Source: Octopus vulgaris
Taxonomy: Eukaryota
Length of the DNA stretch: 64,000 nucleotides
Direction: 5' to 3'
Assembly (NCBI GenBank): GCA_951406725.2
Contig: OX597830.1
Span: forward strand, 28,954,001-29,018,000
Shown here: positions 13,556 through 27,989 of the stretch, piece by piece
Position numbering within the stretch: the stretch's first letter is position 1
Layout of the letters: every line of letters begins with the position of its first letter
Notes under the pieces: generated by a model
Told to the model about the DNA's origin: nothing
Database searches by the model: none
What the model saw: the letters and a program-made list of their open reading frames with translations, nothing else
Made by a program: the position numbers and the translations under genes

Positions 13556-15474
13556 TTACATACATACATACATACATATACGAGGGGTGTATGAAAAATA
13601 TACTCCATTGAATCTCCTTGTATTCTCTATTTAGACCTAATATCTCCCACAACGAAAAGCTAGCACTAAAATCGTCGTTTTAATTATTCTTACAACTGTT
13701 ACTCCTTTGGAATTTTGTCCTTGTTCCCAAAGAAATCTGAGCATGAACTGTTGCCACACTGAGCCTTCCACATCCATGCCAACTCAAAGAATAAATTTGA
13801 AACCCAAGGCCTTGGTCTACTAGAATCTTAGTAAAATGTGCTTAATAAAACCTTACTAAAATCTTAGTAAAATGTACTTCCAAGTATACCGTATTTAATG
13901 AGTGTATACATGGCAATCTTTGGCGCATAACTGTTCAGGTCAGCCTGATATCGGTAACGACAACGTTACTATTCCAAAATCTCAAGGAAAGCTAAAGTCA
14001 ATGCTTTCCATCTCCGGAAAAAAACGAAAATTGTTCTTGTTTGAACAGATGTCTAATCAAAAGAGCTATTTTCATGATCAAGCTGATGTAAGGTAATAAA
14101 GATTTACATTCCTATAAAAAAAAACGGATGAATTAGTTGCTATTTTTTGTAGATTGATCTGCCATGTAGAGGCTCACACATTCGCTCGATAGACGAGGTT
14201 GAAGAGTTCGACTGTGAGGCAATACAACTCGATACATCTAAGGGATAGCTTTTCATATCAGTTTTGATCGGAATAACCGAGGTACATTACGAGACATATT
14301 TTATCGACAAGTAAATCATTATTAGTAAGTTGTTACTGAACATCATGTATATATACATAAAACAAAAAATCAATGCATTAAACCGTGTGAAAATTTGGAG
14401 GAAAAAAAAATAAAACGCTTCTTCATTTTCCACAAGGCTTAGCACATTAATGTTTTATTTAAAATAAAATTTACTTCCTTCTGGATTCCTTGAATTTTGG
14501 AGTTTTTATCTAGATACACGACTAACTAATAATCCAAACTCAACTACCTATTCTTCTGTAGCAATTAAAGTACACAAGAACAAGTAAATATTCCAGTTCC
14601 AAGCAGTATTTAATTCTTTAGTGAAGAACCAATCGATAAAAAAAAAAAAATGTTTGTTAGGCAAGACTAGTGTATGCTATTTAAGATAACTTTGAAATCG
14701 CGATGACAGCTTATCGCTATCAAAATCACGTGACTGCTATTTCAGCTTCTTCAGCGTCACATTAACTATTGAACTCTGCATAGACGTTTGGGCACATATA
14801 TGAATCATATTGACAGTTCGTATTTTAGCAGAGTTAGCTGACGTCTTTTATGATTTGAACAGAGTCAACTTAACCAAATTTTTCATGTATGAAGTAAAAA
14901 CTAATGGACATTAAATATATATATCACAAATCACAGCAAGAGTTTGAGGTTAACAAAGACTTCAGTCGCATGTAAATCATTTTGATGGATTTTTTCATAT
15001 AATAAATCATCATGAAGACCACCGATACTTTTTATTATTATTTTTACTCACTGCTCCAAAATGAAAAGGTGTGTTTATAGTTGGTGTATGTCTTTTAGTT
15101 ATGTGATCGTAATTTCACTGCCTATTCTTAGAATTATTCAATTTCCCAATGGATTTTATATTTTTGAATAAATGAACCAACAAACAAATAAGTAAATAAC
15201 AATGTATAATGCGTCGAGTGGTCGGAGAATTTCTATTTATTTATTTCAGGTTTCCCAAAATTAAACTAGGTCATTGTAATTATTCTTCAAATTGTTATTC
15301 GTTTGTGGACAACACACTACATCGAAGACAAATTTTCCCCGCTTAACCCTTTCAAATTAAACAACTTTTATTTAACGTGGGAAGCTTTTACTGCATCCAC
15401 TAATTGCGTTCACAAATAACGTAATTCCGAGTAAAAGCTGAACTTAAGGACATCAAATTAATGAACTACATATA

Positions 15475-15600
15475 CTCTTTTACTCTTTTACTGTTTCAGG
15501 CATTTGACTGTTGCCATGCTGGAGCACCACCCTTTATCGAGCAAATCGACGCCAGGACTTATTCTTAGTAAGCCTGGGGAACAAACACAGACACACAAAT
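15475..15600 (-). mobile_element. SINE family A 3' fragment
   Basis: tactcttttactcttttactgtttcagg...gccatgctggagcacc is the family A tail. Confidence 0.8.
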
Positions 15601-15654
15601 ATACACACACGCGCACACACGCACACACACACACACACACACATACACACACAC

Positions 15655-15690
<36 letters not shown>

Positions 15691-15859
15691 ACACACACAC
15701 GCCTATGTTTTAGTATTAAACATAGGCGTGTTTAATAGCCTATATATATATTGGCTATTTTTTGCTTCTATACTGCCTTTAAGTCTAAAAATCTTAACCG
15801 GAGGAGAAAATGGTAATATTGCTTTCAAATTTTTTAAAAAGTCCAGTAGTTTTGCGGAA

Positions 15860-16030
15860 TGGGCTAAATCGGTTACGTCCGCCCCAGTGCTCAAATGGTA
15901 ATTATTTTATCGAACATGAAAAGATGAAACCAAAGTCGACCGCGGCAGAATTCGAAACTACAACATAAAGACAGACGAAATGCCACTAAGCATTTCGGCC
16001 GGCGTGTTAACGATTCTACCAGCTCACCAC
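15860..16030 (-). mobile_element. SINE family B, degenerate
   Basis: aaagtcgaccgcggcagaattcgaa...gattctaccagctcacc. Other degenerate copies lie near 8130, 16503, 31175, 52636 and 57540-57880. Confidence 0.7.
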
Positions 16031-17401
16031 TCCTAGGATATAGTAACATCAAATAGTTAGCTTCCATTTACAAGATTGTCACAGTCCATTATCATATCCA
16101 AAGGTTGATTAATCCTGTCTCACTACATAACTGTTGAAACGATTCAAACATATGTATCCTCTATGAAAATGATGTTATACGAAGGCATATGTAAGAAATA
16201 TTTTACAGTATGGCAAGCATTATCATTATATTTTTCGCTATATTATTATACTGCTGTAAATGTTGTTAGATGTAGAATCAGTAAAGGGTAAAAATCCATT
16301 GCGAATTGATTGCCTGTAACTTTTGTCTTCGCACATTGCCGTAATTCGGTCTCGCGTTACTTTTCTTGGGTATTGAATCTGATTCACTGAATCTGTTTCA
16401 GTGAAGTAACAGATTAACACTGAAATTGCTCGAACCTTATGTTCTCTACGTGTAAATAGCTTACAATATACCAGTGTAAGCCACATTTATAATTCCATTA
16501 AGACGTTGAATTGGCAGAATCGTTTAGGCGTCGGACAAAATCCCTATAGTTATTCTTCGGACACTTTAGGTTCCCAGTTCAAATTACTGTGGGTTCAGTG
16601 TCGTCTTTCATTTATCCTGGGTTGATAAAATAAACTAATATTTAAACACTTGGATCGATGGTGTCGAACTACTCCTGGCCCTCTGATAAATTAGAAACCA
16701 GTAAACCATTATGGTGAGGTAACTTACTAGCCACCGACATAGGTTTTATGTTAGTTTTATCTCCTCAGGATTGAATTCCAGAATTCAGAGGACCAATATG
16801 AGCTTGCATCGGAAACGCACAATGCAAAGCAGTTAGTAATACAAATATATATATATAAATACATTTCCGCGAAGAAAAAAGTAAATTTTAAATTTTCTAA
16901 CAAAGAAAATGGCTCTATTCCGAGTCGTTGGAAATTTTCATTTCCTTCATCGGAAAAGCATTTACATAATACATATTTTCACTACTATTTTCTTTACTTA
17001 TTTATCTATATCATTTGTTTCTTTCATCCAATTTTGTATATTAGTATTATGCATGAAATTTATATTGCGTTGTTAACAATTCATCTGTAATACTTCTCTT
17101 TTATTCATCTCTTCAAATACCATCAAAGACTGCCTTCATTTTTTAAATATATAGTCAGGGTGCAGGAAATTGATGACATGATGCTTTCAACTGTCATGTT
17201 TACACTGGAAAGAATATATTACATTGGTTGCGCGGCACGGCATACATTGCTTGCCAGAGTTATTGTTTTTTATTGATACTATAACGATGATATGCTAATA
17301 TATTAGTACGTTGCATTTTATGGTGCGGAAAATACATCATATCTACAAGCATGCGCGTGAGTACGCAAACATAGTTACATAGATACATACATACACACAC
17401 T

Positions 17402-17447
<46 letters not shown>

Positions 17448-17543
17448 CACTTATCTGTCTATCTATCTATTTATCTATCTACCTATCTCATTACTCACTC
17501 TCTTTCACTGCTGTATGTGTGTCTGTCTCTCTATCTATCTAGC

Positions 17544-17575
<32 letters not shown>

Positions 17576-17831
17576 AAGAGAGAGAGAGAGAGATACATTT
17601 TACACATATATATGTATATATGAATATACATGCATAAATATGTACATGTATATTTATGTATAAGTATGTATATATGGATGTGTATATATATACATATATG
17701 TGTATACATATATATAAATATATATTTGTATATATGTATACATATTTGTATATATATATATATCTATGTATATATATGTGTCTATATATATATATACACA
17801 TATATATATATATATATACATATATATACAT

Positions 17832-17893
<62 letters not shown>

Positions 17894-18250
17894 TTATGGG
17901 GGTATCATTTTAAATGCTTCTTGAGAATATAGACAACTATTTTATACTTAGTAAACATCTATTTTATACGCAACAAACATCTGGTTTCAATAACCTTACA
18001 CATGAATCTTACCTTCTGTTTGGCAGCGAAGCCGATGGCTCTATCATGATATTTCTGTTATTTTTGTTTATTAAAGGGTGGTTTTAGTGTTGTTTTAGAC
18101 TTTCTGTGTACTCGTTTAGTAACTTATTATCACAGCTACTCCTCTCTCGAACCTCGTATGCTTGTATGTATTTTTGTAACTGAAGGCATCTTTAGTTCTA
18201 AGAAATCTTAAACGAAAGCTTGAGTAAAGTTTTGATGACAAGAGATATTC

Positions 18251-18301
<51 letters not shown>

Positions 18302-19081
18302 GTATACATATGTATAGGAATATATACGTATATACATATATGCATGTATGTTGAAATATAACGAAATACATATATATATATATGCGTGTATATATCAAAG
18401 TATGTATGTATATGGGTATATATATATAGCTTGATATATTTAGAAAGTAATAGATATATATATATATGCACCACCACAGCACCCCACTCATATAAGGGCA
18501 CTCATTTTGGCAAATTATACTTGCCTCTAGCATATACATATGTGCAGTGTTTATTATGATTTAGTTCAGTGTTAATATCATACGAAGAGGATGGCGACAA
18601 AACGAAGGTTTGGAAGGTTAGACTTCAATACAGCATAATACTCCAGGGTCTCTTTTCGATGTTGTACAGCTATTTGATTTTTGTCTAATGAGAAGTAATA
18701 ACAATATACAATTAGCAACTCAGATGTAGGCAAAAACCAAAAAAAAAAAGAAGAAGAATTAAAAAATAAAATAAGGAACAGAATTTGTTCGTTAAATCAA
18801 CTGTGTAGAAACAAAATGTGTCAGTGAAAACGTGACTCTGTAAATAAGAATTATAATAAAAATATATTTCATGATTTGTTATTTAGATATTAACAGAAGG
18901 AAGGAAAGATTTTTAATTCTACGGTTTACAGATGCTTTCATCAAATATGAAGGACGCGGACACAGCTGCGAGATGTTAATATTTCATTTGAACTCTTACG
19001 TTGAGTGGTTGAGGACAAAACATTTGCAAGGTGGAATTTTCACATGGATGTAATTACTCGTTACAATTACACACAGACACA

Positions 19082-19138
<57 letters not shown>

Positions 19139-19258
19139 ACGGTTTCACACACAAACACACCTACATAAACACATACACACACACGCACATACACATATGT
19201 AAAGTTCTATATATATGTGTATGTATTTATGCATGTGTATCTATATATATATTTATAA

Positions 19259-19296
<38 letters not shown>

Positions 19297-19654
19297 TTAT
19301 ATATATATATATACACACATATCTATACATATATATATAAGCATATGTCTATATATATGCATTTATATATATATATATATATGTGTGTGAGTGTGTGTAT
19401 GTCTGTGTATATGTATGAATATAGACATGCATATATTTATACATACATACATACATACATATATGCATACATGCACACACGTATGTGCATAATATATATG
19501 TATATATATGTATAGGAATATATATATACATACAAATATATATCTGTATATATGTATATATATATACACACACTAAGGCAATGAACAGAGTAAGGCACAT
19601 AAAAATTGAGGGACAAGTTTTAAGAAAGGAAGACATGTATTAGCTGAAACCTCA

Positions 19655-19693
<39 letters not shown>

Positions 19694-19734
19694 AGAGAAA
19701 GAGAGAGAGAGAGAGAGGGGGAGAGAGGGAGAGA

Positions 19735-20191
<457 letters not shown>

Positions 20192-20569
20192 CAAAAGTTA
20201 GGCACGATAAAGAAAAATAGACGAAAAGTAAGTGAATCGACTTAATCCGTTTGTCTGTCCTTGTTTGTCCCCTATATGTTTAGCCCCTTGTGGGCAATAA
20301 AGAAATAGGAAACAATAAAGTGAAACTCTGAGTAACAGTGTTTGTAATGGTTTTGTAGCTTTAAGAATAAAAGCATTTTTTCTACATTCAATATTCGAGT
20401 ACAATTTTTTCCACCTTGTTTTGCATTTATGTGCTTATTCGGCGTAGAAACTACATATATGTATAGTTGCTGTTGCATAGAAGCCTGTTTGTGGGTATAT
20501 ACAAGGAGGTACTGTAAGGTTTTCGCCTCTAAGGGTAGCGCGACAGCCTGTTTAGAAGCCACATCTTCC

Positions 20570-20650
20570 GAGTTATCTTACAGGGCTTAGAAAAACTGAA
20601 GGACCACTGCCACACGTACGTGGATCTGAGAAAGGAATATGTTGAGTAAA
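20570..20650 (+). mobile_element. mariner C-terminal fragment
   Basis: YLQGLEKLKDHCHTYVDLRKEYVE* resembles the mariner C-terminus (GI.KL..RW.KC....GDYVE). Confidence 0.55.
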
Positions 20651-20739
20651 AACATAAATAACTGTACATTATTTACATTTGACGGATATTACTCCTCAAA
20701 TTGTTAACACAAAGTTTCGGCTGATATACCCTCCAGCTT

Positions 20740-20790
20740 GGGGGTATATTCCTAAGGTATTTTTTGATGTTGTTGTTGTCATCATCATCA

Positions 20791-20849
<59 letters not shown>

Positions 20850-20893
20850 AATAATTTTTTTATTATTATTAATTTTATTATTATTATTATTAA

Positions 20894-20928
<35 letters not shown>

Positions 20929-20990
20929 TCACTGCTTGGAATCGAACTCGGAATTTTGTGGTTAGTAGCCTGCGCTCTCAACTTCTACGC
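20740..20990 (-). mobile_element. tRNA-headed SINE with internal (AAT)n
   Basis: Minus strand gagagcgcaggctactaaccacaaaattccGAGTTCGATTCCaagcagtgacctg followed directly by (AAT)n. Confidence 0.6.
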
Positions 20991-21402
20991 GATTCTGCTT
21001 GGTCAGTCCTTTTTTTTTCACTGCGCGTTTACGTATTTTTTCTATTTAAAAAAAAAATTGTTTTTTTGTTTTCTCTCCACATAGGCAGAACAGAAAGCCA
21101 TAACAGACCGCCGTTCCATGAGCACGCATGTGATACAGGTCTGAAGAAGCGCTATTCTAATTTTTAAACCCGCAAGTATTATGTAACTTTTTCACTTGAA
21201 ACCTTCTGCGTGAGCTGACGGCGAAAACAAATTTGTTAAAGAAACAGTTGCAATCATTAGTTGTTCTCTAATCCCTACAATAATTTACTCTTTTACAGTT
21301 GTGATCTATGGATTTTCTACACCTGAAGAATTTCGATATTAGTCTGGAATCCAACAGTTTAGAGAGAATAAATCTCAGGTTGAGTGCTGCATTGGGAATA
21401 CC

Positions 21403-21469
<67 letters not shown>

Positions 21470-21500
<31 letters not shown>

Positions 21501-23096
21501 CTGAGAATGTGTCTGACTGCCTGTCTGTGTTTTTCCCTAAAACTGAAGAACTACACAAACAATTTCATTCATATTGTACGTGCCTTACATAGGGTCCGGG
21601 GAGTGTCATCGGCAAAAAATGTTCAACTTCTTGCCTAGGGCGAGCCCATAGCAATATCATATCTTCTCCACTATTTCAGTATTACGTGTTAAAATTGAAA
21701 CAAAAACATTTCTCTATTTTATGTCAGATACTTTCACTTTAACAATAAAAATTAGAGATAATAATAACAATTGAATTATATGTAGTAAGTAATAATTAAA
21801 ATCAAACTAAAGTATAATATAATAATTAAATCGTAACATAATTAAAAGTAAAAATAGTTATTGATATAAAATTGCATCGATGACTTGAACTTGAATAAGT
21901 GGTTTCACATGAATGGTAAAAAATAAAAAATAAAATTTAAGTGCAGAAATGGAATAGTCCAGATGGAGCTGTGCACATACCCTTTACCACGGCTTTTACG
22001 TTATGTTATCTATTAATTAGCTAGCATTAAGTATCTATATGAAGTTTGGCTGTATGTAATGTCTGTTTTCCCGAACAGACGATTCTACTGAGTACTGCTG
22101 TTGGTTTATTTCTGATCCATAAAGGACTATAGCTTCAACTGATTACTGAATTTCGATTCACCGTAAGGTTTCTTGTTATTATTATTACTGTTTAACTATT
22201 GTTATCACGTTTGTTGGTTCCTCGTAAGAGAAGCGTTGTTGTGTTGCATTTGTTAAATAATTATAAACCGTAACCCTCATCCATTAGGAGAATGAGCTTT
22301 GGTTATTGTTTAAAAACTGAATTGTGTCCCTGTTGGGGGAAATTGACAATATTTTTACCGTTTATACGGGAGCATATTTGTTAAAATGTCTTCGATAGAA
22401 GAAAGTCCAAAAATGAATTTCGTTGCAGCCGTCGGCAGGTGCGAACTCATTAAAATTAAAATGGAAGAAATATTTCGGATTGATCACCGACAAAGACGGT
22501 GAATCTAGGATAACACCACCAAACGAAATAAAAAATAAAATTAAAGAAAAGACTATTGTCTATAAAGTATACAATGTAGAGAAAAAAAAAGATTTGAACA
22601 CCTGGAGGAAAGCACCATTGAAAAGTGTCTTGGTGCGACTATGAAAGATATCAAGTATCTAACCAGAGGCGGTAAATTCGCCACAATAGAAGCAAGGTTC
22701 GAGTCAACGGAGCGTGCAAGGGAGTACTCGACTCGAACCTTGCAAAGTGGAAATATTTTATTTCTACCTTTATATCTGGGACGTAGGACGTCCCGGATAA
22801 AAATTAAAAATGTCCTCCCAGAAGTAGAGGTAGGCTGAATTGTAACCACACTTCTATACAAGAGGGAGGACAAAATACAATTGGTCGAAATTGCAAGAAA
22901 CGGGCCTACAATTCCAGCCAGTTATATATTTTGAGTATTGTTATCACTATCGATATCAAGATATAAATTTGTATTTTGTATTTTATGTGTAGATGTATAT
23001 ATATAGATGTACATGTAATATGTACACATATATATACACATATATGCATGCACTAGCACTATATCAGTCTCCGGCAACGCCGGGTCATACTGCTAG
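21470..23096 (+). mobile_element. Helitron-like non-autonomous element containing a LINE-ORF1-like fragment
   Basis: 5' TC-tatatat...aaaactgagaatgtgtctgactgcctgtctgtg; 3' hairpin ccggc-aac-gccgg (23071-23083) and CTAG|T at 23093-23097. Confidence 0.65.
22386..22915 (+). pseudogene. Frameshifted non-repetitive coding fragment, probably LINE ORF1-like
   Basis: Overlapping ORFs 22423-22644 and 22641-22838 (IKYLTRGGKFATIEARFESTERAREYSTRTLQSGNILFLPLYLGRRTSRIKIKNVLPEV). The family assignment is by resemblance only. Confidence 0.45.
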
Positions 23097-23124
23097 TATA
23101 TAAATAAAAGTGTTGATATATATT

Positions 23125-23161
<37 letters not shown>

Positions 23162-23166
<5 letters not shown>

Positions 23167-23325
23167 GGGCTTCTTTCAGTTTCTTTCAACCAAATCCTCT
23201 CACAAGGCTTTGGTCGGCCCGAGGCTATAGTAGAAGACACTTGGCCAAGTTTCCACGCAGTGGGACTGAACCCGGAACCATGTGGTAGGTAGGTGAGCTT
23301 CTCACCACACATCCACTCCTGCACC
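23162..23325 (-). mobile_element. SINE family A 5' half
   Basis: gaagggcttctttcagttt...ccactcctgcacc. Confidence 0.85.
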
Positions 23326-23344
23326 TATATGTGAGTATTTATGT

Positions 23345-23676
<332 letters not shown>

Positions 23677-23983
23677 GTGTTTGGTTGGTCTTCAGTAAGC
23701 TATGTTTTAAACTAAGCTTGGTGTCATTTGGCATTCTGCCTGAAATAAGCGAAAATATATTCAGTCGATGTTAGATTCTCGTTACGTTTGTTAGTTTTAC
23801 TGCCCACAATACAGGTAAACATGTTATTAACGTCTGCGAAAGTGTGATTAAGATATCTACAGCGAGAACAATAGCGTGAACAAAATAAAAACAGCAACTA
23901 AACACACAATATTAACAATAACGACAACAACAACAATAACGGCTCTAGCAACAGCTGTAGCAGTGATTCGAAATTTCGTAAAT

Positions 23984-24012
23984 AACATCATCATCGTCGT
24001 CGTCGCCATTAA

Positions 24013-24074
<62 letters not shown>

Positions 24075-24154
24075 CTATCATCATTATCATCATCATCATC
24101 GTCGTCGTCGTCGTCGTCGTCGCCATTAACATCATCATCATCATCATCATCACC

Positions 24155-24186
<32 letters not shown>

Positions 24187-24959
24187 CATCATCGTCGTCG
24201 TCGTCGTCTTCTACTTCTTCTTCTCTTCTCCTCCTCCTCCTCCCACTCCTCCTCCTTCTTCTACTTCTTCTCCTCCTCCTCTTCACCCTCCCCTCCTCCT
24301 CTGCCCCCTCCTCTCCCCCTCCTCTTCCTCTTCCTCCTCTTCTTTCTCCTCCTCCTCCTCCTCCTCCTCCTCCTCCTCCTTCTTCTTCTTCTTCTTCTTC
24401 TTCTTCTTCTTCTTCTTCTACTACTGCGTCGTCGTCGACGTCGTTTTTGTCGTCATCATGAATCAGTCTCCATTTACGTCAACGCTTCATCCTTCTCATC
24501 ATAATCATCATAATCGCCCTCTGGCTCTCCATCACCATGATTATCCTCTTCCAGATGCTGACCTACGATAATGATGTCATTGGTCGTTATATTTATCATG
24601 TTCATGATGATCGTTATGATGATCATGCTAATAACCATGTTCCTCTTCCTCCTGCTCCTGCTCCCCCTAGTCCTCCTCCTCATCATCACCATCATCGCCG
24701 TCATCGTCGTCATTATCATTGTCATCACCATCATCATCGTCGTCGTCGCCGTCATTGTCATCGTCGTCATAGCTGTTGATATCATGGTTGTTCCACTCCC
24801 TCGTCTTTACCAGCACCGCCGCCTCCACCACCACCACCACCACCACCACCACCACCAACACTAAAACCACCATCACTAACGTCACCACCATCATCATCAT
24901 CTTTATGACCATCGTCTTCGTCGACGTCATCATCAGCATTACCATTATCACCATCGTCG

Positions 24960-24993
<34 letters not shown>

Positions 24994-25060
24994 CGTCTTC
25001 ATCATCACCATCGACGTCTTCGTCGTCGCAATCATCATTATCATCATCATCATCATCAAT
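23984..25060. repeat. About 1.1 kb mosaic of CAT/CGT/CCT/CTT/CAC trinucleotides
   Basis: Direct reading. It explains all the low-complexity ORFs in this interval. Confidence 0.95.
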
Positions 25061-25944
25061 TTCGCACCATAGCAGTATAGAACCACGACAAAAACAATAA
25101 CGGTAATTAATAGATCAGCAACGACAATATGAACAACAAACGAGAAAAACAACCACAACTACAAGAAAACCATCATCATCAACAACAACAAAAACTACAA
25201 CAACATCTGCAACTGGTATTACTCCAAGTACCACGCAAATGAATTGCTTCGGTGTCCTCTTCGCCATCACTCCATGAAATAATGAAATGTCTGCAAGCGC
25301 AGCAACACAACATACAGTACACCACACTCCACACTCCGCCGACATCACCGAACAAACGCAGAATCACATTGACCACCACCACCACCACCACCACCACCAC
25401 CACTACCTCCACCATAAATCCGAACCACTACAGCTCAACACAAAAACTAACATCACCCTTTCACACCCATCACCTCCATCACATCTCACACCACCAAAGC
25501 CGAGCACAGCAGAACGTTGCAGACCACAATGAAGCCCTCGTTTTCCAGTTTTATATTGGTAATGATTCGAATTGATTGCAGATATAAGAAACACGACATA
25601 AATGACACTAGTAACGGATTTGAGTAAGGCAGGCGGTTTCCGGTTCTTTCTGTCTATGTTCGACAGTTTAGGCAACTGTCGACATTAATCAATGGCACGA
25701 TAATAATCACCAGCAAATTTATCAATTGTCTCCCAGCGGTGAAGGAAATCAATTGGAGGATACGATCTGGTCAAGTCTGGACAGGTCAACTAAGAACAAC
25801 ACCCCATGTATGTCTATGTATGTATGTATGTATGTATGTATGTATGTATGTATGTATGTATGTATGTATGTATGAAAGTATGTATGTATGTATATGTGCA
25901 TATGTTCAAATATATAAATGTATATATATATATATATATATACG

Positions 25945-25975
<31 letters not shown>

Positions 25976-26090
25976 ATATGTATGTATACGTACATATATA
26001 TATATATATACATATACATATACATGTATATATATGTATATATATACGTACGTATACATGTGTATGTATATGTATATATAAACATGTATA

Positions 26091-26121
<31 letters not shown>

Positions 26122-26639
26122 GTACATCTATATATATATGTATATATATATATATGCATATATAAATGTACATATATATCTATGCATGTATATGTATATA
26201 TGCATATATATTTACATAAATATATGCACCTATATATATATATATATATATACATATATAAACATTATATATATATATATGAATGCAAATGCCTGTGTGA
26301 GCTTTAGTCCCTTTCTGTAAATAAAGGAGTTCATATCTATATATACACAGACACCTCCTCTGTGTATGTATGTGTGTGAATGTGTGTGCCCGTGTGTGTT
26401 TTACTGTGTTTACGTATTAGTTTTTGTCAATAGACAACATAGAGTTTTCTAATGAAATTTTTAGAGGTTGCTACGATAACAAAAGCAGTTTTATGCCTTG
26501 CAGACCTAACAACAGGTCCTAAGTGAGAGTATGATGTAGAGAACAATTAAGTGGAATTATTGCTAATCAGGTAATATTTTGCAGAAATGTCGAATGCAAA
26601 CATACAAAGGCAATAGTAATTATGCTACTGTTGCAACAG

Positions 26640-26644
26640 CAATA

Positions 26645-26708
<64 letters not shown>

Positions 26709-26765
26709 TTATTATTATTTCCGCTGTTGCTGCTCCTGCTACTGATAATAATAATGATGATGATG

Positions 26766-26825
<60 letters not shown>

Positions 26826-26999
26826 GTAATGATAATAATAATAATAATAATAATAATGATAATAATAAAAATAAAAACAACAATCATAATAGTAATACTT
26901 CTACTGCTACTGCTGACACTACCACTAACTAAGAATGATGATGATTATGATGATAATAATAACAATAATAACAATAATAATAATAATAATAATAATATA

Positions 27000-27089
<90 letters not shown>

Positions 27090-27094
27090 GTAAT

Positions 27095-27150
<56 letters not shown>

Positions 27151-27251
27151 CAACAACAATAATAATAAGAAGAAGAAGAAGGAGAAGAAGAAGAAGAAGA
27201 AGAAGAAGAAGAAGAAGAAGAAGAAGAAGAAGAAGAAGAAGAAGAAGAAGA
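26640..27251. repeat. (ACT)n-(AAT/GAT)n-(AAC)n-(AAG)n compound microsatellite
   Basis: Direct reading. Confidence 0.95.
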
Positions 27252-27310
27252 AATTTTGCCACAAGGGCAACAACTTAGTCGAAGGGGATAGGGCGATCAC
27301 ATCGACACCA

Positions 27311-27483
27311 CCTGCAGGGGTCATGTGCTATTTATCTTGATATACGATCAGAACGTCACGTACATATGGTTGTGATGCATGTGCCTGGTGCACCCTTATC
27401 AGACGGGTAGTCATGATAGGTATACTGGGCTTCGTTTATTTTACCCCAGTGTCACTTTGATGGCATGCACTGCTCTCTCACTC
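27311..27483 (+). mobile_element. Truncated copy of the 2918-3360 repeat
   Basis: Reverse-complement match to about 2918-3090; ends ctctctcactc followed by (ACT)n. Confidence 0.8.
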
Positions 27484-27485
27484 AT

Positions 27486-27522
<37 letters not shown>

Positions 27523-27734
27523 GATGATAATGATGATGATGATTATGACGATGATGATGATGATTTCAGTTTTTTGCGACAACGGCAACTTGGGTGAGGG
27601 AATTAAGTCGATTACATCGACCACAGTTCGTGACTGGTAATTAGGAATAAATAAATTAACGTTCATGCTAACTTCTTCACAAGAGAATCTGTGGGAGAAT
27701 TGGATGGAGAACTATCGGAAGTTATTCAGACTGC

Positions 27735-27985
27735 TAAATCTTCCATCCTTTGAAATTTAAGTCATCAAACTGATAGGTAAATTCAGGCAAGCTGACCAGA
27801 TAATGTTGCGCAAATTCTTCTTAAAAACACACGTCATTTACTGGATGTCGCAGTACCAGCTGAGAAAAACGCATCTCTGAAAATGTTTGAGAAATTAAGC
27901 GAATATGGAGAATTGCATATAGAAATCAAAACAATGCGACACTTCAAAGCAATGACGTTATCTATCGCTTTTGGGAGCACTAACG
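27735..27985 (+). mobile_element. R4/Dong-like RLE fragment, old
   Basis: QTDR*IQAS*PDNV...LLDVAVPAEKNASLKMFEKLSEYGELHIEIKTM. Confidence 0.65.
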
Positions 27986-27989
27986 ATTA

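Noticed and set aside
16238-16395. Possible minus-strand terminal exon (DSVNQIQYPRKVTRDRITAMCEDK...)
   Set aside because: Only a modest acceptor and no recognisable homology.
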